This document shows, in pieces, positions 26,295-38,690 of a stretch of 64,000 nucleotides of DNA. Position numbers and translations under genes: made by a program. This DNA is from Vicugna vicugna. Taxonomy: Eukaryota. Numbering within the stretch: the stretch's first letter is position 1; each line of letters starts with the position of its first letter. The stretch is from positions 372,001 through 436,000 of the forward strand of contig MU058584.1 in the NCBI GenBank assembly GCA_013265495.1, written 5' to 3'. Below the pieces are notes generated by a model. That model saw only the letters and a list, made by a program, of their open reading frames with translations, ran no database searches and was not told where the DNA came from.

Positions 26295-26820
26295 TTGTTA
26301 ATAGATTTTATTTTTTTAGAGCAGTTTCAGATTCACAGGAGAATTGAGCAGAAAATACAGAAGGTTTGCACATAACCCTCTGCACCCACACGTATATTCT
26401 CCCCTACCCTCAACATCCCTCATCAATGTGGCATATTTGGTACAATTGATGAACCAACATGGACCCATTATTATCAACCAAAGTCCACAGTTTACATTAG
26501 GGTTCACTTTTGATGTTGTACATTCTATGGGTTTTGACAAACACATAATGACATGTAGCTACCAATACAGTATCATACAGAATAATTTCATTGCCCTAAA
26601 AATCCCCTGTGCTCCATCTGTTCATTCCTCCCTCCCTCTCCCCAAACCCCTGGAAACTGTGATCTTTTTATTGTTTCTATAACTGTGCCTTTTCCAGAAT
26701 GTCATTTGGTTGGAATCCTACAGTTTGTGGCCTTTTCAGACTGGCTTCTTTCATTTAGTAATAAATCTTTTAAGGTTCTTCCATGTCTTTCATGGCTTGA
26801 TAGCTCTAGCTCATTTTTTT
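26295..26820 (-). mobile_element. L1MC-like 3' end
   Basis: ttttagagcagtttcagattcacag...tacaattgatgaacc...agtccacagtttacattagggttcact...ttcattgccctaaaaatcccctgtgctcc...ccttttccagaatgtcat. Confidence 0.85.
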
Positions 26821-29717
26821 TACTGCATATATATTATAAGTTTACATATATGTACTATTCATTAAGTTTTGATTAAGCTCAAGCTATGTTCTGTTCTCTC
26901 TTTGAGCCTCAGTTTTCCCTTCTGTAAAATGGGTTGGATCAAATGACCTTTAAGGCCACTTAAGCTCTGTTGTTGGGTCTGACTTTCTTGTGATTTCATC
27001 ATGATCTTTGTTCATCTCTCCATTCGTGGCTCACCTGGTGGTTTTACAGGTGATGATTTCATTATTGTAGAATATCAGTGTCTCTCCTCGCCTCTCACTA
27101 TGCCCTGGACTTCCCCCTTTTTCTTTTTCTTTTCTGTAGGAGAAGTAACCTGCTGGCCAGTAAGCATCCTAGGTGGGCAGGGTGGAAAGCACTCCCTGCC
27201 CGGGATGCAGCTCTGGCCTCTGCCCCGAGCCTGCATTTGTGATGTGAGCCAGAGATCTCAACCACGGAGCTGAGGCTTTCATTCATGAGCTAATAGTTGA
27301 AAAACCAGAACAGTATTTCTGTCTTACTTTTTTCTCTTTCATCTTTGCTGTGTCTCTCAGAGTCCTCATAATAAAGAAAAATAATCAGGCCAACCTATCT
27401 AAGCTTTTGCTAATGGAGACTAAACCCATAGAGGCAGCTTCTCCATGGGCACGCGGATGCTTCAGTTTTACCCTCTGTCCCTTTTAGAGACTCGCACAGC
27501 ATTGGCATAAAGACAAGTAACCACAATTACTTATTTTGCACCCAGCCCCTTAATGTTGAGGAGCATGAAGGATTCTGCCGTGATCTCAGGCACATTCATC
27601 GGCCCCCACTGAGCCCCTGATCAATAGTGACACAGACGCATCAGATGGCCTTCAAATAGTGCTTCCTTTTTTGGATGGACTGGGAGAGAGAGGAAGAAAT
27701 ATAAGTGCCTCATTCCTCTTAGACTACAAATAAATAAAGACGTGGTGTGCAGCTGCATTTCAGGCATTTTGGAAGCTTTTCTGGTGTGCGTGGGTGTTGA
27801 GGGGGGGTAGGAAGAGGAGGGGGGAGGGGAAACCTGCACTGAAGCGTCTGTCTTGTTGCAGGCAGGGGTAAGGACACTGGTTAATGTCCATATGGGTACC
27901 TTGAAGTCCCTACTCCCCCTCCCGCACACCTGGGGAACACAGAGCAGGCCTCAGAGGCGGGGAGCGGGACACCCCGAGGCAACTTTACTCTTTTTTTGTC
28001 CCTTCCCCCAGAGCATTTAGTAGGAGGTCATTGGCTGAGTGTGTGCCCTGGAATCCGGGGCCGCTGCTGCCACTGCAGTTAATGCTGCTTTGTTCAGTGC
28101 TAAATGAAGCGAGAACTTTCACCCAGGTCACATTCATAATCCCGCTCAGCAGGACGCTCAGCTGTGCACCAAGAGCAGTTTCTGCAGGCAAGGAAGAACT
28201 TTCCCGTTGGAGCATTCACGCTGGCCTGGAGTGGGGAGACAGGTTTCTCGACCTCAGTTCTGCCATGACTGTATCTTTGGGCATGCCACTTAACTTCTGT
28301 GGGCTGCAGTTCCCCTCACTCATTCAGCAGATACTTGAGTCTGACTCTGCCAGGCCCTGTTCTCAGGGCTGGGAATGTGGGAATATGAGGGCAAGGTGTC
28401 AGCCCTCAAGGAGCTTCCATTCTACTGGGGCAGGCAGATGGTCACCATGTGAATGAGGCAAACCCCTAAGTGCAGACCATGTTAACTGCTGGGAAAGAAA
28501 CAGCGATGGTGAAACAGTAACTTTAGGTGGGGTGATGATGGTGAATATTTATTAAGTACTGGCAGGATACCCAGCTGTGCTAAATGCTTTTGATATGTTC
28601 TTACTTAATCTTTCTTTTGTGACATAACCTTGGACATGATTCCTAAGGTTCCTTTTGGATTTGAAATCATCTGCTTCTGTGATTCTAAGTTTTTAGCAGA
28701 TATATCAAGACAGCCTTGGTTAGGGGACTGATTCACATGGGCCCTTAACAACTAGTGATTCCTAGATGCAGACAGAATATCACATTTCCTACTGCTTGTT
28801 TGTGTTTTCCGAGAGAGGACGCAGGAGGCCCGGAGGGATAGGAGAAGGTAGGCAGGGTGATGGACTAGAAACCAGGCCAGGTTTGGGGCCTGAAGGAGAG
28901 AGGTGGTAAGAATGCAGGTGGAAGGTCCTGGACTGGGAACCAGAAGCTGGGGAGAGACCACGCCCCTTCTCTGCCATCTGCTAACTGCTTTAGGCCTCAT
29001 GGTCCATCTCTGTAACAGGAGGAGCGTCCTCCTGAACCTCATGTGTGTGTGCTCTGGGTTTAGCCTCTTGAACTGATCAGTTTATAGAGATGTGAGCTGG
29101 GATTGCAGAGATCCAGAGACTCACTTTACATTGTGCCCATTTATAGGGGCTCTGTCCTTTTACCCCTGGAGAATGTGGCACTGTAGTCTTTTCCCATAGC
29201 CTTGCCTGCATTGGCCAGTCAGTGGGGGTGCTTATAGCCCCACAACACAAGATTCTGTTATCTTCTTCTAAAGAGTGTAGATTTGCTCTTAAGGACAGTT
29301 AACATGGCCAGTTTTACGTCCCGCACCTGCCTCTCCTGAGGTGGGCACCTGCCACTTTTGGCTGGACTCCTTGTGTATTTGTGCATTTTGGGGGTCATGT
29401 AAGACCTGGGTGGGGTTTATACATGATTTGGAGGCTCCCTTCCTGCGACACCCTCCTGTCAGGGATTTCTGCCCTCGCTTTCCGGCTCCTCTGGCTGTTC
29501 CAGTCTCTGGTGACCAGGTCCCTGGCGGTCTGAGTGCGCATTTTGGCTTGAGCTCCAGCCAGCGCCTGCGGCAGTTGGGGGATTGTCCTGCCAAACAAAA
29601 CTGCACGAACCAGGTCTCACCAGTGCAGTTCCCTTCTTTCAAGGGTTGATTTCTCGCCAGTCTCTGCCTGCTTTTGATCTCTTGCCAGTGCCTTCAAAGT
29701 CATTTTTATTATTTCAA

Positions 29718-29940
29718 GTAATAGACTTTGTTTTTTAGAGCAGTTTTAGGGTAATAGAAAAACTGGGTGGCATGGACCTAGATCCCTATCCCCCCTCAGC
29801 GCCTCTCACAGATTCCCTCATTACTTGCATCTTGCATTAGTGTGGTGCATTTGTTACAATTGATGAGCCATTATTGATAAATGATTAACATCCATGGTTT
29901 GTATATATAATCCATAGTTCACTCTTTGTATATTCTGTGC
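29718..29940 (-). mobile_element. L1MC-like 3' end fragment
   Basis: atagactttgttttttagagcagttttagg...gtgtggtgcatttgttacaattgatgagcc. Confidence 0.75.
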
Positions 29941-31179
29941 ATTTGTTTTTTTATATCTTCTCCAGAGTTTGTTGGAGACCTAGTCTGATGCTAACAGTTT
30001 TTTCACCATTATTAGAAGCAGAATCATCTGATGCATTTAGTTTTGATTCATACGTAAGTTTTTTCTCAGTCTCTAGAAACACTTGACAGAAACTTTGTAA
30101 ATAAAGGGAGTTCCCTGAGGAAAGGGAGGGCAGAAAGTCTAACAAGTCGGTGGGTGGTGGTGATATTGGTGACTGTGTTAAGCTGTTACATCTTGCTGCT
30201 TTTCATGTTGTGGTTCATGTACCAGGAAATACTATGGTTCAGTTTATCATTGTCTTCAGAAGTTAATCTCCAGAAAATAGGGTGGAAGCAAGAAAATGAA
30301 AGAAAAACTGTGTGAGGTATTAATGTAGCACCAAGGCTGAGGTTGCTCAGAAACTTACCACAAAATATCTGAAGTCCTTTGGTTAACCTTATTTGTAGTT
30401 AACTCCTGCTTATCTGGAAGATGAAGCCACAGATAAAACTGACACAGATAATCTCATCTCTTGATTACTCCATACAATTTGCATCGTCCTTCTGTTTTTT
30501 TTTTTTTCCTTCGCTGGTAATGAAAAGGAAGTAGGCCCTTTTTTAACTTCTTTACCCCTTTTCCCCATAAAATCAGTGGCAACTATTCCGAATAGAGGCC
30601 TTGTGATATCTTATAGGAAGGATTCCCAGAAGACTGACACAGGAATTCTATAGGAGTCTTCCAGAATGCTAGGTGATTAAAAATCCACCAACAGAAAGGT
30701 TTGATATCCCATCATCTCTTGGTAAGCCAGGAATTACTTGTGAGCAGGTGGCTTAGGTCCAGTTCACATATGTGGATAAAAGTCAGGTAAGTTTGCAGAA
30801 TTACAGTTGGGTGGGAAGGTTGACTGGAAGAAGCAGGCTGATGCCTGTAATGCCTGAATACCAGGCAGAATCGAGGGCTTGAGCCCTCTTTTTCTTTCCC
30901 TCCTTGGGGTGGAGATTCTCCCATGTGCACTTAGGGGTGAATAATAAGGGTTCATTCTTAGATATGCCAGTCAGGTATGTTTTGAGTATCTCCTGTGTGC
31001 CTGGATCTCTACTAGTCATGGCCAACCAGTATGAATAAAACATGTTTAGTCATGCGTTGATGCTCTAAAGGAGAACTATATGGAGTTACGGGATTCATCC
31101 ATACGAGAATCTCACCTTCCCTAGGAACCAGAAGAGGTAGAGATCTACGGGATTGTGGGTATTGGAGGACTGGGGGGAT

Positions 31180-31745
31180 GGGGGTGGAAGAAGAACATCC
31201 TGTGCACAGGGACTAGCATGTGAGAAGATACGATGTATTTGAGTACCTTCCGAATAATGGAGAGGCCGGTGGTGTGAGATGAAGCTGGACAACGGGGGCT
31301 GTGTGGGCCAGGCTGAGGGTTTTGATTGTCATCTTTTAGAGCAGTTGGAAGCAAGCATGGGAGGTTCTTGAGCCTGGGAGTAACACAGCCTGATTTGCAT
31401 TTGAAAGAGATCACTGATAGCCTCATGTAGAATGGTTTGGAGTTGGGCCATGGGGGCAAGAGAGAAACCAATGAGAAGGGCTTCATGTAGATTAAGTGAG
31501 AGAGAAAGGTTTTCTGGGATCAGGTAGTGGAAGTTGATGGAGAGGTGGAGGAGAGAGAATTGAAAGGTCCTGGTTGCTGATTAGCTGTGATGGATAAAGG
31601 AGAAGCACATTCAAGGATGACTCGCAGGTTTCAGGCTTGAATAACTGTTGGACAGAGTTGTAAATCAAGGTGAGGAAGGTTAGGGGAGGAGCATGACCGG
31701 AGGGGTGGAGGGGAAGAAAGCACGAGTTTCTATTTTGGAAATGAT
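31180..31745 (-). mobile_element. L2 LINE fragment
   Basis: ggaagcaagcatgggaggttcttgagc...tgatttgcatttgaaagagatcactg...tcaaggatgactcgcaggtttcaggcttga. Confidence 0.7.
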
Positions 31746-32489
31746 TCCTCCAGTTCCCAGGCATTGCGTTGACCTGCCTCTGTTGTCCAGAGCCCAGTGC
31801 CCTGCAGGAGAGGCAGCTAAAGGGGATGCCGTTTCTGAGTAATGACCTGTCATCGTGCATCAGCCTTTGACTGAAGGCAGGGAATTAGTTCCGCCTGATT
31901 CCTGTGGGAGGTGACAGAAGCCTGGATGTCGGAAGGTTGTTAAGTCAGCAGACGAGTGAGGTTCAGACCTGGGAGCCAACTTCCCAGTCTCAAGCGGTAG
32001 GTGCCAGCCTAGATTCAGTTTACCAGGGAAATGAGCAGTTTGACCCTCAAGGTTGAGTGGTTACAAGGACCCCTTTCCCAGGTGGGTCTTGTCTCAGACT
32101 GTGTCTTACTTTGCCCAGAACGGAGCCTCAGGGTGGACTGAAGTTAGCTGTGGAGGGGGTAGTGGCCAGGTATTGAGGTGCTCTTTGCGTTGTGGGGTTA
32201 TACATGTACGCAGCAGCAGCAGTCACTCATCGTACCCTCTGATTTTGCCCTGAGGAATGGATTTTCTGATCCTTCTGCTTCCCTGGAATTGGCTCTGCTT
32301 TTTTGATTCATGAGTAGTGTGGATATTTAGCTTTTGACTAGGAGATTTGGACCTGAACCCTGCTTTGTTTTCTTTTCATTTCCTTGAATGACTGTAAGGT
32401 GCAGCTATGGTAGAGATGGGTTATCTGCTCCAGACTCATTCTCAGAAAGGCAGTTTTGTGATTTTCTTCACATGATTGGGAGGGAAGAT

Positions 32490-32650
32490 GAGTGTGTGGT
32501 GTGAATGAGTGGGATGTGTTAGTGTGGGATGGCTGTGTGCATGCTTGGTGTGTGTGGGGTGACTCGTGTGTGCGGGTGGCACGTGAGGTGTGTGAGCATG
32601 TGTGCACTGTGTGTGTGTGTGTGTGAAGGTGTGTAATGTATGTGTGCACA
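32490..32650. repeat. Degenerate (TG)n low-complexity tract with a perfect (TG)n core near 32608-32624
   Basis: Directly visible TG-rich repeat. Confidence 0.85.
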
Positions 32651-33809
32651 TGTACCAGCTTGGCTGATGGCTGGAGGAGGCACTAGCAGGGTGAAGATGT
32701 TGGGTGTCCTCTTGTGAATGCCTTTGCATGCAGAATGCTGCTCCCTTGTTAGGAAATCTTGCCCACAGCTAGAAAGCTGCCTCCTCTCTGTGTTGCCTCC
32801 ATCCTCTGTACCCTGGCTGCTTTGGGATTCTCAATCCAGCTGCACCTCTTCCTGAGGAAGGAGAGTTGGGCTGGGTGGAGGTCTCAGGGTGGTGATGGGC
32901 CCAGTTGGGCACTTGCGTTCAGGCCCAGTTGTGGCTCTCACTGGGTATCAGGCCCTTCCTCGGGGTGCAGGGATCAGTGTGGGAGGACCGTGCTGTCCTC
33001 CAGGTTCATCTATAACGGGTGACCTTGCTCGATCTTGAGGTCCCAGCTCTCATCTGATGGCCAAGGGAACACAAGCCCTGAAGGCCTGAGTGCCAAGTTA
33101 ATCCCTACTGCTCACAGTTCAAGGCAAGAGCCATCAGGCATGCAGCGTCCTGGAGAGGAAGCGTGGAAACTGCCCCTGGCTGTGGGTGGTGCTTTGAAGT
33201 TGGGCAGTCACAAACCTGGCCTCACGTCATTCCTGCCTATGTGGGTCACTGACATGCTGACAAACTGTGGGGCCCCAGCAGAGCTCAGAGGGGAGAAACA
33301 CCAACCATGGTTAAATCGGAGGGGTGTTTACCTGCTGTGGTGATGCTGTCTGTTTAGGGCCCAGTCTACAGTGTGCACCCTGCTTACTACAAGCTGCTCT
33401 TCGGTGTATTAGCACAAACTGTGGATCCGTACTGGGGGAAGTCCTTTTGCAGTATTTAGTCTTTGAAACCCTCCTCGCTGGGGCCAGCCTTACCGCCCAG
33501 TTTTAGGAAGAACCTTCTATTCCCACAACCACAGGAAGTGCGTTTCCTGCAGAGACGACTGCCCTGCTCTTACCTTCTATTAACTCGACCTTTGCTTGGT
33601 TGGATAGACGCTTAAATTATCCTGGGGCGGTTGATTTCTAGGATGTCTCCTGGGCTATTTTATATAGTTTGTGTGTAGAAAGGAAGGGCACATGCCAGTG
33701 GGCAGTGTGGACTGGAGTGGTGTCTTTGAAGGCATATCACATGCTTCGTAAATCTTGGGTTGTCATCCTCTTTTCTTGTTTTATTCTGCTAAGTAATGAT
33801 ACCTGTAAT

Positions 33810-34260
33810 TACCTGTACTTTTGATTCAACAATCCCACTTGTAGGAATACAGCCTAAAGGGCTACTTGGATGAGCTCAAAGGTGTGCAGATAAGGAGGTT
33901 TGTGAAAGCAATTTTGTAACAGTGCCCTAGGGTAAGTAGCCATCAGTAGGGGAGCCGTTGCATGTAATGTGACAGACCTATATGCATTGGTGGAGAAAGA
34001 TAACCAAGTTTTATTTAAAGTCAGAAAAATCAAGTTGCAGAACGGTATGAATAGTAGGAACCTTTTTATATAAAACGGATTCCTCTGTATGTCTATGAAT
34101 ATATGTGTCTGTCAATACAGAAAAAGATGTACATCAAACTGTTGACAGTGGGGGGACTTTATTCTTTTGCTTTGCATGTTTCTGCATTATTTGAAAGGGT
34201 ACAGCAATAAATTATTCATATATTAAACAACCTGCATGTCGTTTGGTTTTAAAAAATAAA
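33810..34260 (+). mobile_element. Ancient L1 (L1ME-like) 3' fragment
   Basis: cttttgattcaacaatcccacttgtaggaatacagcctaaagg...caagttgcagaacggtatgaatag...catcaaactgttgacagtgg. Confidence 0.6.
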
Positions 34261-34449
34261 AGGTCTAATCAGGTTAAACTTCTGACTAGAAAACTAGTCC
34301 ATTCCTTTTCTCCATTTAGGAACTTACCCAAGTGTCTGAGATCTCTGTGACATCCAGGGCTAATTCAATGAAGTTCTATCAATAAAGAGTATATATTCTT
34401 CTTTTTTATTCTTTTGGAATGTTTCAATATGTGCAGAGCACATTTGTGT

Positions 34450-34580
34450 AAGAGATTTGTACCTTATCTCGTTTGATCTTTGCTGAAATCCCATTTTACA
34501 GATGAGGAAATTGAGACAAAGGCTAAGTGGCTTGTCACAAAGAGAGGGGTGGGAGATTCTTCACACCCAAGTTTTTCTGA
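34450..34580 (-). mobile_element. MIR SINE
   Basis: atcccattttacagatgaggaaattgagac...gctaagtggcttgtc. Confidence 0.7.
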
Positions 34581-34719
34581 TTCAGAAGCGCTCCTGTTTA
34601 AACACAGTGCTTGCTGTGTCTCTGATTAAGAATGAGGCGAAAAGGGAAGCGATTTCTTGTTTAGTTGCTTTTTATGAAGTTAGAAATAGTCTCAAAACAA
34701 GACACCCTTTTTGCTCTTG

Positions 34720-34785
34720 ATTTCCTCACCTGTAAAATGAACTGCATGACCTCCGAGGGTCCTTCCAGCCCTAGCATTCTGTGAC
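34720..34785 (+). mobile_element. MIR/MIR3 3' fragment just upstream of exon 2
   Basis: tttcctcacctgtaaaatga...gacctccgagggtccttccagccctagcattctgtga. Confidence 0.6.
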
Positions 34786-34837
34786 TGGGGACGCTTGCCA
34801 TCCCTCTTCTCAATGAATGTTTGCTTCTTCCCCACAG

Positions 34838-34909
34838 TACGTAGGAAGCCTGGATGTGCCGAGGCCCAACAGCAGAGTGGAGATTGTGGCTGCCATGCGC
34901 CGGATCCGG
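34838..34909 (+). CDS. NOS1AP: NOS1AP (CAPON) internal coding exon 2, 24 codons, N-terminal part of the PTB domain
   Basis: Translates to [24 protein letters not shown], which I recognise as NOS1AP. Preceded by a pyrimidine tract and acceptor (tttgcttcttccccacAG, AG at 34836-34837) and followed by a consensus donor (CGG|GTGAGT, GT at 34910-34911). Phase 0 at both ends. Confidence 0.96.
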
Positions 34910-36478
34910 GTGAGTGGCCGTAGGTGGGGCTCTGTGGAGCGGGAACTCAAGCGTCCTGTCTGCTGGCCCTTTTAGAAAGTACTGGAGGTGCCAGATTGGA
35001 TGGCTGCACCCTTTGTAAACGTTGGACCCCCTCTCCTTATACTGGCCACGGACACTGTTGTGAGTTAGGTAGTTGATCTTGACTAAAGGCCAAGCTTAGA
35101 ATGGCTGTGGTGGCTGGAGGGTTATGTCCCTCCCTCCCTTGTGACTGTTGCTTCTCCAGCTGAGTTGCGTGTTACCCTTGAGGATGTGTGGGGTCTGCCA
35201 GGGAGTCAGAGGGAATGGTGAAGTATCTTTTTGATTCAAAGATTTTAGGGAAAATGTTTAGTGATTAACTGATAATTGGCTCAAAACATTTAAAAAGTAA
35301 AGCATTTTTGTGGTACATAAAGATTTACTTAAATTTTTAAGAAATGTAGGATTTCAACAAAATTTCCTTGGTTGCTCTAGGCTCTGGACACATGTGCATT
35401 CTCTTCTGATATTTTGGATACTCTTAGAAGACTTAGGTCAACATTCCAACCTGTTGCTTTCTGACTCTGTGATACACAGAGAAGAGACTGAATAAAAATT
35501 AGGTTATCTTCCAATCACTGTGAAGGAGTTTGCCCACGTGCTCTGCCATGAAATGAGAAATTAGATGTGTGCAATTTTGAAGGTGGGGTTGGGATTGGTC
35601 AAATGAATTGTAAGGACTTTTGGAGAGAACCAGTGTTGGAGGTGGCTGACTTGGCTGTCCTGCATGTAGCCTGAATTGGGCTCTGTGTCTTCTGGAAGAA
35701 TCTGCTCACCTCAGTGGAAAACACATAGCGGGTGTTGGGTGCTTCATTTTGGTTTTTGCCAATTTTGCTTTCAGTCAATTCATCTGATCAACAGAAACTG
35801 CAGTTCAATGACAGCAATTTTGGGAAGAAAATTAGTATTTTGCTTCTGATTCCCCAAGCAGTTCATCAGCCTAATAATCTTTTCACTGCTTTCACCAGCC
35901 CGGTCTTTCTGCATTTTTTATTGTTAAGTTGAATTTGTTGAAACTACCATTAAATGCAGTGCTGTTTTCCATGAACATAGAAATGAATCACTTCAAAGCA
36001 CTGTCACTTGGGTTCATTTAATGTTCACAAGCTGTGAAATAGGGGTCATGTTACTCTCATTTTCTGGATTAAGCTGAGGCCGAGAGAGTCACAGGGGTCT
36101 AGAAGTGGCGGGCATGTGGCCTGAATGCGCGTCTCCACTTGGTCTCATGAGAACTTGCGAAATGCATCGCCCCTTTGGCTTCAGGCCTGGCCTTCGGTGT
36201 TCCCACGCCTCTTCTCTTCCTTCCCCTGCCTGCTCAGGTAGAAGGCACTGAGGCTGCAGCAGGGCACGTCTGGGGTGTTGCCCTTGTGAGGATGGGTTAC
36301 AGTTCTCACCACCGATGCCACCATTGCCACTGTGATAAGAACTGGACCTGGAGCTGGCCTGGCTTTAGGGTTTCAAGCAAAAAAAATTTCCTCTTTTCTT
36401 CATATTTGACGGAGAGGCAGGGAATATGTTATTGCTAACATCACTGTTAATAATATCTCTATTAATACTAGTAGCCAT

Positions 36479-36738
36479 TTTGACTGGGACATTGTGTTGT
36501 ACACCAGAGATTGAGACATTGTAATTGACTGTACTTCAATTAAAAAAAAAGTACTGAAGTGGAACAGAGTTAAAGGAATGGTACTGCCTGACTTCAAGAC
36601 ATACTATGAAACTACAGTAATCAAAACCTAGCGTTACTGAGGGAATAATAGATTTTATGTGTATTTGTTCTGACACTATATTTCTGCATATATATTTTAA
36701 AGTTACATCGTAATAATTTTAATTATTATTCTTACAAA
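36479..36738 (+). mobile_element. Very short L1 3' end followed by probable transduced flank containing an older L1 ORF2 piece
   Basis: gggacattgtgttgtacaccagagattgagacattgtaattgactgtacttcaattA9, then tactgcctgacttcaagacatactatgaaactacagtaatcaaaac (LPDFKTYYETTVIKT, an L1 ORF2 motif). Candidate TSD aatactagtagccat (36464-36478) / aatattagtagctat (36739-36753). Confidence 0.7.
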
Positions 36739-37119
36739 AATATTAGTAGCTATCAGTAACAGTAGTTACTATTTAGTACTTTGTGTTCGGTGCTTTATTA
36801 GGCCTTTTAATATTGAAATGTTGCTATTTGCAACTACTCTGGATGAGGTGAGGGTATCATTGTTACATTTTGTAGATGAGGAAACAGAAACCGGGGGCAT
36901 TAGATAATCCTAGATGAAACGGTGTTGGTAGTTGGAGCTGGAATTCACACCCAGGACTGCATGGCTCCTTGATGGGGTGGTGACCTCAGCTTGAGAACCC
37001 AAGGGTCAGGATGTGGAGCTTCCCCAGCGAGGGAGTCAGTGGCAGAAATAAACTTTGTAGACGGAACAGAGGTACGGGAAACTATTGATGCGAAGCAACA
37101 GAGGGTAGGTCGGGTGGTG

Positions 37120-37215
37120 GGGCTGGCTGCACATGGTTCCTGGAGGCCTTTGGGGCTGGTGTGTGGGTATCCCTTCCCCTCCCCAGTCTGCTTTTCCATC
37201 ATCACCTGTCAGCCC
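37120..37215 (+). ncRNA. Sequence orthologous to the human MIR4654 hairpin; probably not a conserved miRNA
   Basis: ctggctg...ctggaggcctttggggctggtgtgtg...ccccagtctgcttttccatcatcacctgtcag resembles hsa-mir-4654 as I recall it, at the expected place shortly after NOS1AP exon 2. Closing stem gggctggc/gtcagccc is present. The seed differs. Confidence 0.4.
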
Positions 37216-38050
37216 AACTGGCCATGTGCCAGCAGCTCCCTTCCCTATGACCTGCTTCCAGTGCTTAATGAGCAGCTCATTAAATGAGAGGGAGAAATTA
37301 ATTGGCCAGAAAGCTGTTTGGTCTGGCTGTCCAGTCCCCTGTTTAGTCTGGCCACAATAAGGACTCTGGGTGTGTGTTTTACTCTGAACCCCCCAATTCA
37401 CTGCTAGATCCAGTCTGCTGTTTTCTTTTCTTCTCTCTCTTTCAAAAGCTGTTTTGGCTGTAATTACAGTTGTCAAGAACTAGGGCATGTGATTTCTGTG
37501 TAAAGGACTAGTCCTGACTTCGTCCTTTTATGTTGAAAGATGCCAGACTAACGCTGGGCAGGACACTGTGGGGTTTGGTTGCTGGATGTTCTTGTGGATT
37601 CACAAGATGCAGCCCTCAGCTTGAGCCAGAGCAGTGGCTCGTCCTCAGAAAGAAGCAGTCACAGTAAGGACCATGGTGCCTTACACCTGTGAAGTGCATC
37701 GTGCCTCACCAGGCCCTTTAGATGCGTCTCCCCCATCCTCTCCGGAGCTCTGCACAGGGGAGTGGATGGAGTAGTGCAGACCGTGTTCATTTCTCAGGGC
37801 AGGAAGCACTCCGAGTGAAAGGATTGGCGTGAGGGTGGCCAGATTGATCTTCTGAGTTGGGGCTCAGCAGGTGTGTGGTTTGCTGTTCTGCCCCGATACT
37901 GCGCTGCAGTGTTGACTCTGAGCTGAATATGTGGGCTGTTGATCTGCCTGGTGGCTTTCCTCTTCCCTCTCCCTGTTTCTCATTTATTCTCTTGCCATGT
38001 AGATTTTCTTTTACATTTAAAAAAAAATCTTCTCAAATGTGCTTTCAAAG

Positions 38051-38690
38051 TTTTTTTTTTTAATGGTGGTTAAAATCATGTAATATTTAACCATTTTTAA
38101 GTGTGTAGTTCAGCAGTGTTAAATACATTCACACTGTTGTGTAACAGATCACTCTTAAACTTCATCTTGCTAAACTGAAACTCTGTACCCATTAAACATG
38201 AATTCTCTCTCCCCCTTCCCCCCAGTCCTTGGCAGCCACCTTTACATTTTCTGTCTCTATGGTTTTAACTGCTCAGATACCTCATATGTGTGGACTCATA
38301 CCGTATTTGCCAATTTGTGATGCTTGTTTCACGTAGCATATTGTCCGCCAGGCTCATCCACACTGTAGCATGTGATCAGATTTCCTTCCTGTTTAAGGCT
38401 GCATAGTATTCAGCTGAAGGTATATAACACATTTTCTTTATCCATTTCTCTGTTGGACACTTGGGTTTCTTCTACCTTTTAGCTTTTGTGAATAATGCTG
38501 CAATGAACATGGATATGCAGGTATCCATTTGATATCCCATTTTGAATTCCTATGGATGTATACCTAGAAGTGGGAATGCTGGATTCTATGGTAATTTTTT
38601 TTCTAAATTTTTTGAGGAACCTCCATACTGTTTTCCATAATGCTTGCACCATTCTGTATTCCCCTAACAGTATATAAGGGTTTCAAGATT
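38051..38690 (-). mobile_element. L1MA/L1MB-like 3' end
   Basis: aaccatttttaagtgtgtagttcag...aactgaaactctgtacccattaaac...tgtgaataatgctgcaatgaacatgg...tttttgaggaacctccatactgttttccata. Confidence 0.88.

Larger units (their letters stand above)
1..34837 (+). other. NOS1AP: NOS1AP intron 1 (3' portion; exon 1 lies upstream of the window)
   Basis: Inferred from the exon 2 position. No exon 1 coding sequence (MPSKTKYNLV...) and no CpG island seen. Repeat-rich. Confidence 0.85.

Noticed and set aside
26316..26682. ORFs MCLSKPIECTT... and MSRKYRRF...
   Set aside because: They are translations of an L1MC 3' UTR, a common source of spurious predicted proteins.
32338..32729. His/Thr-rich ORFs on the minus strand
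   Set aside because: They are translations of the (CA)n-like low-complexity tract.
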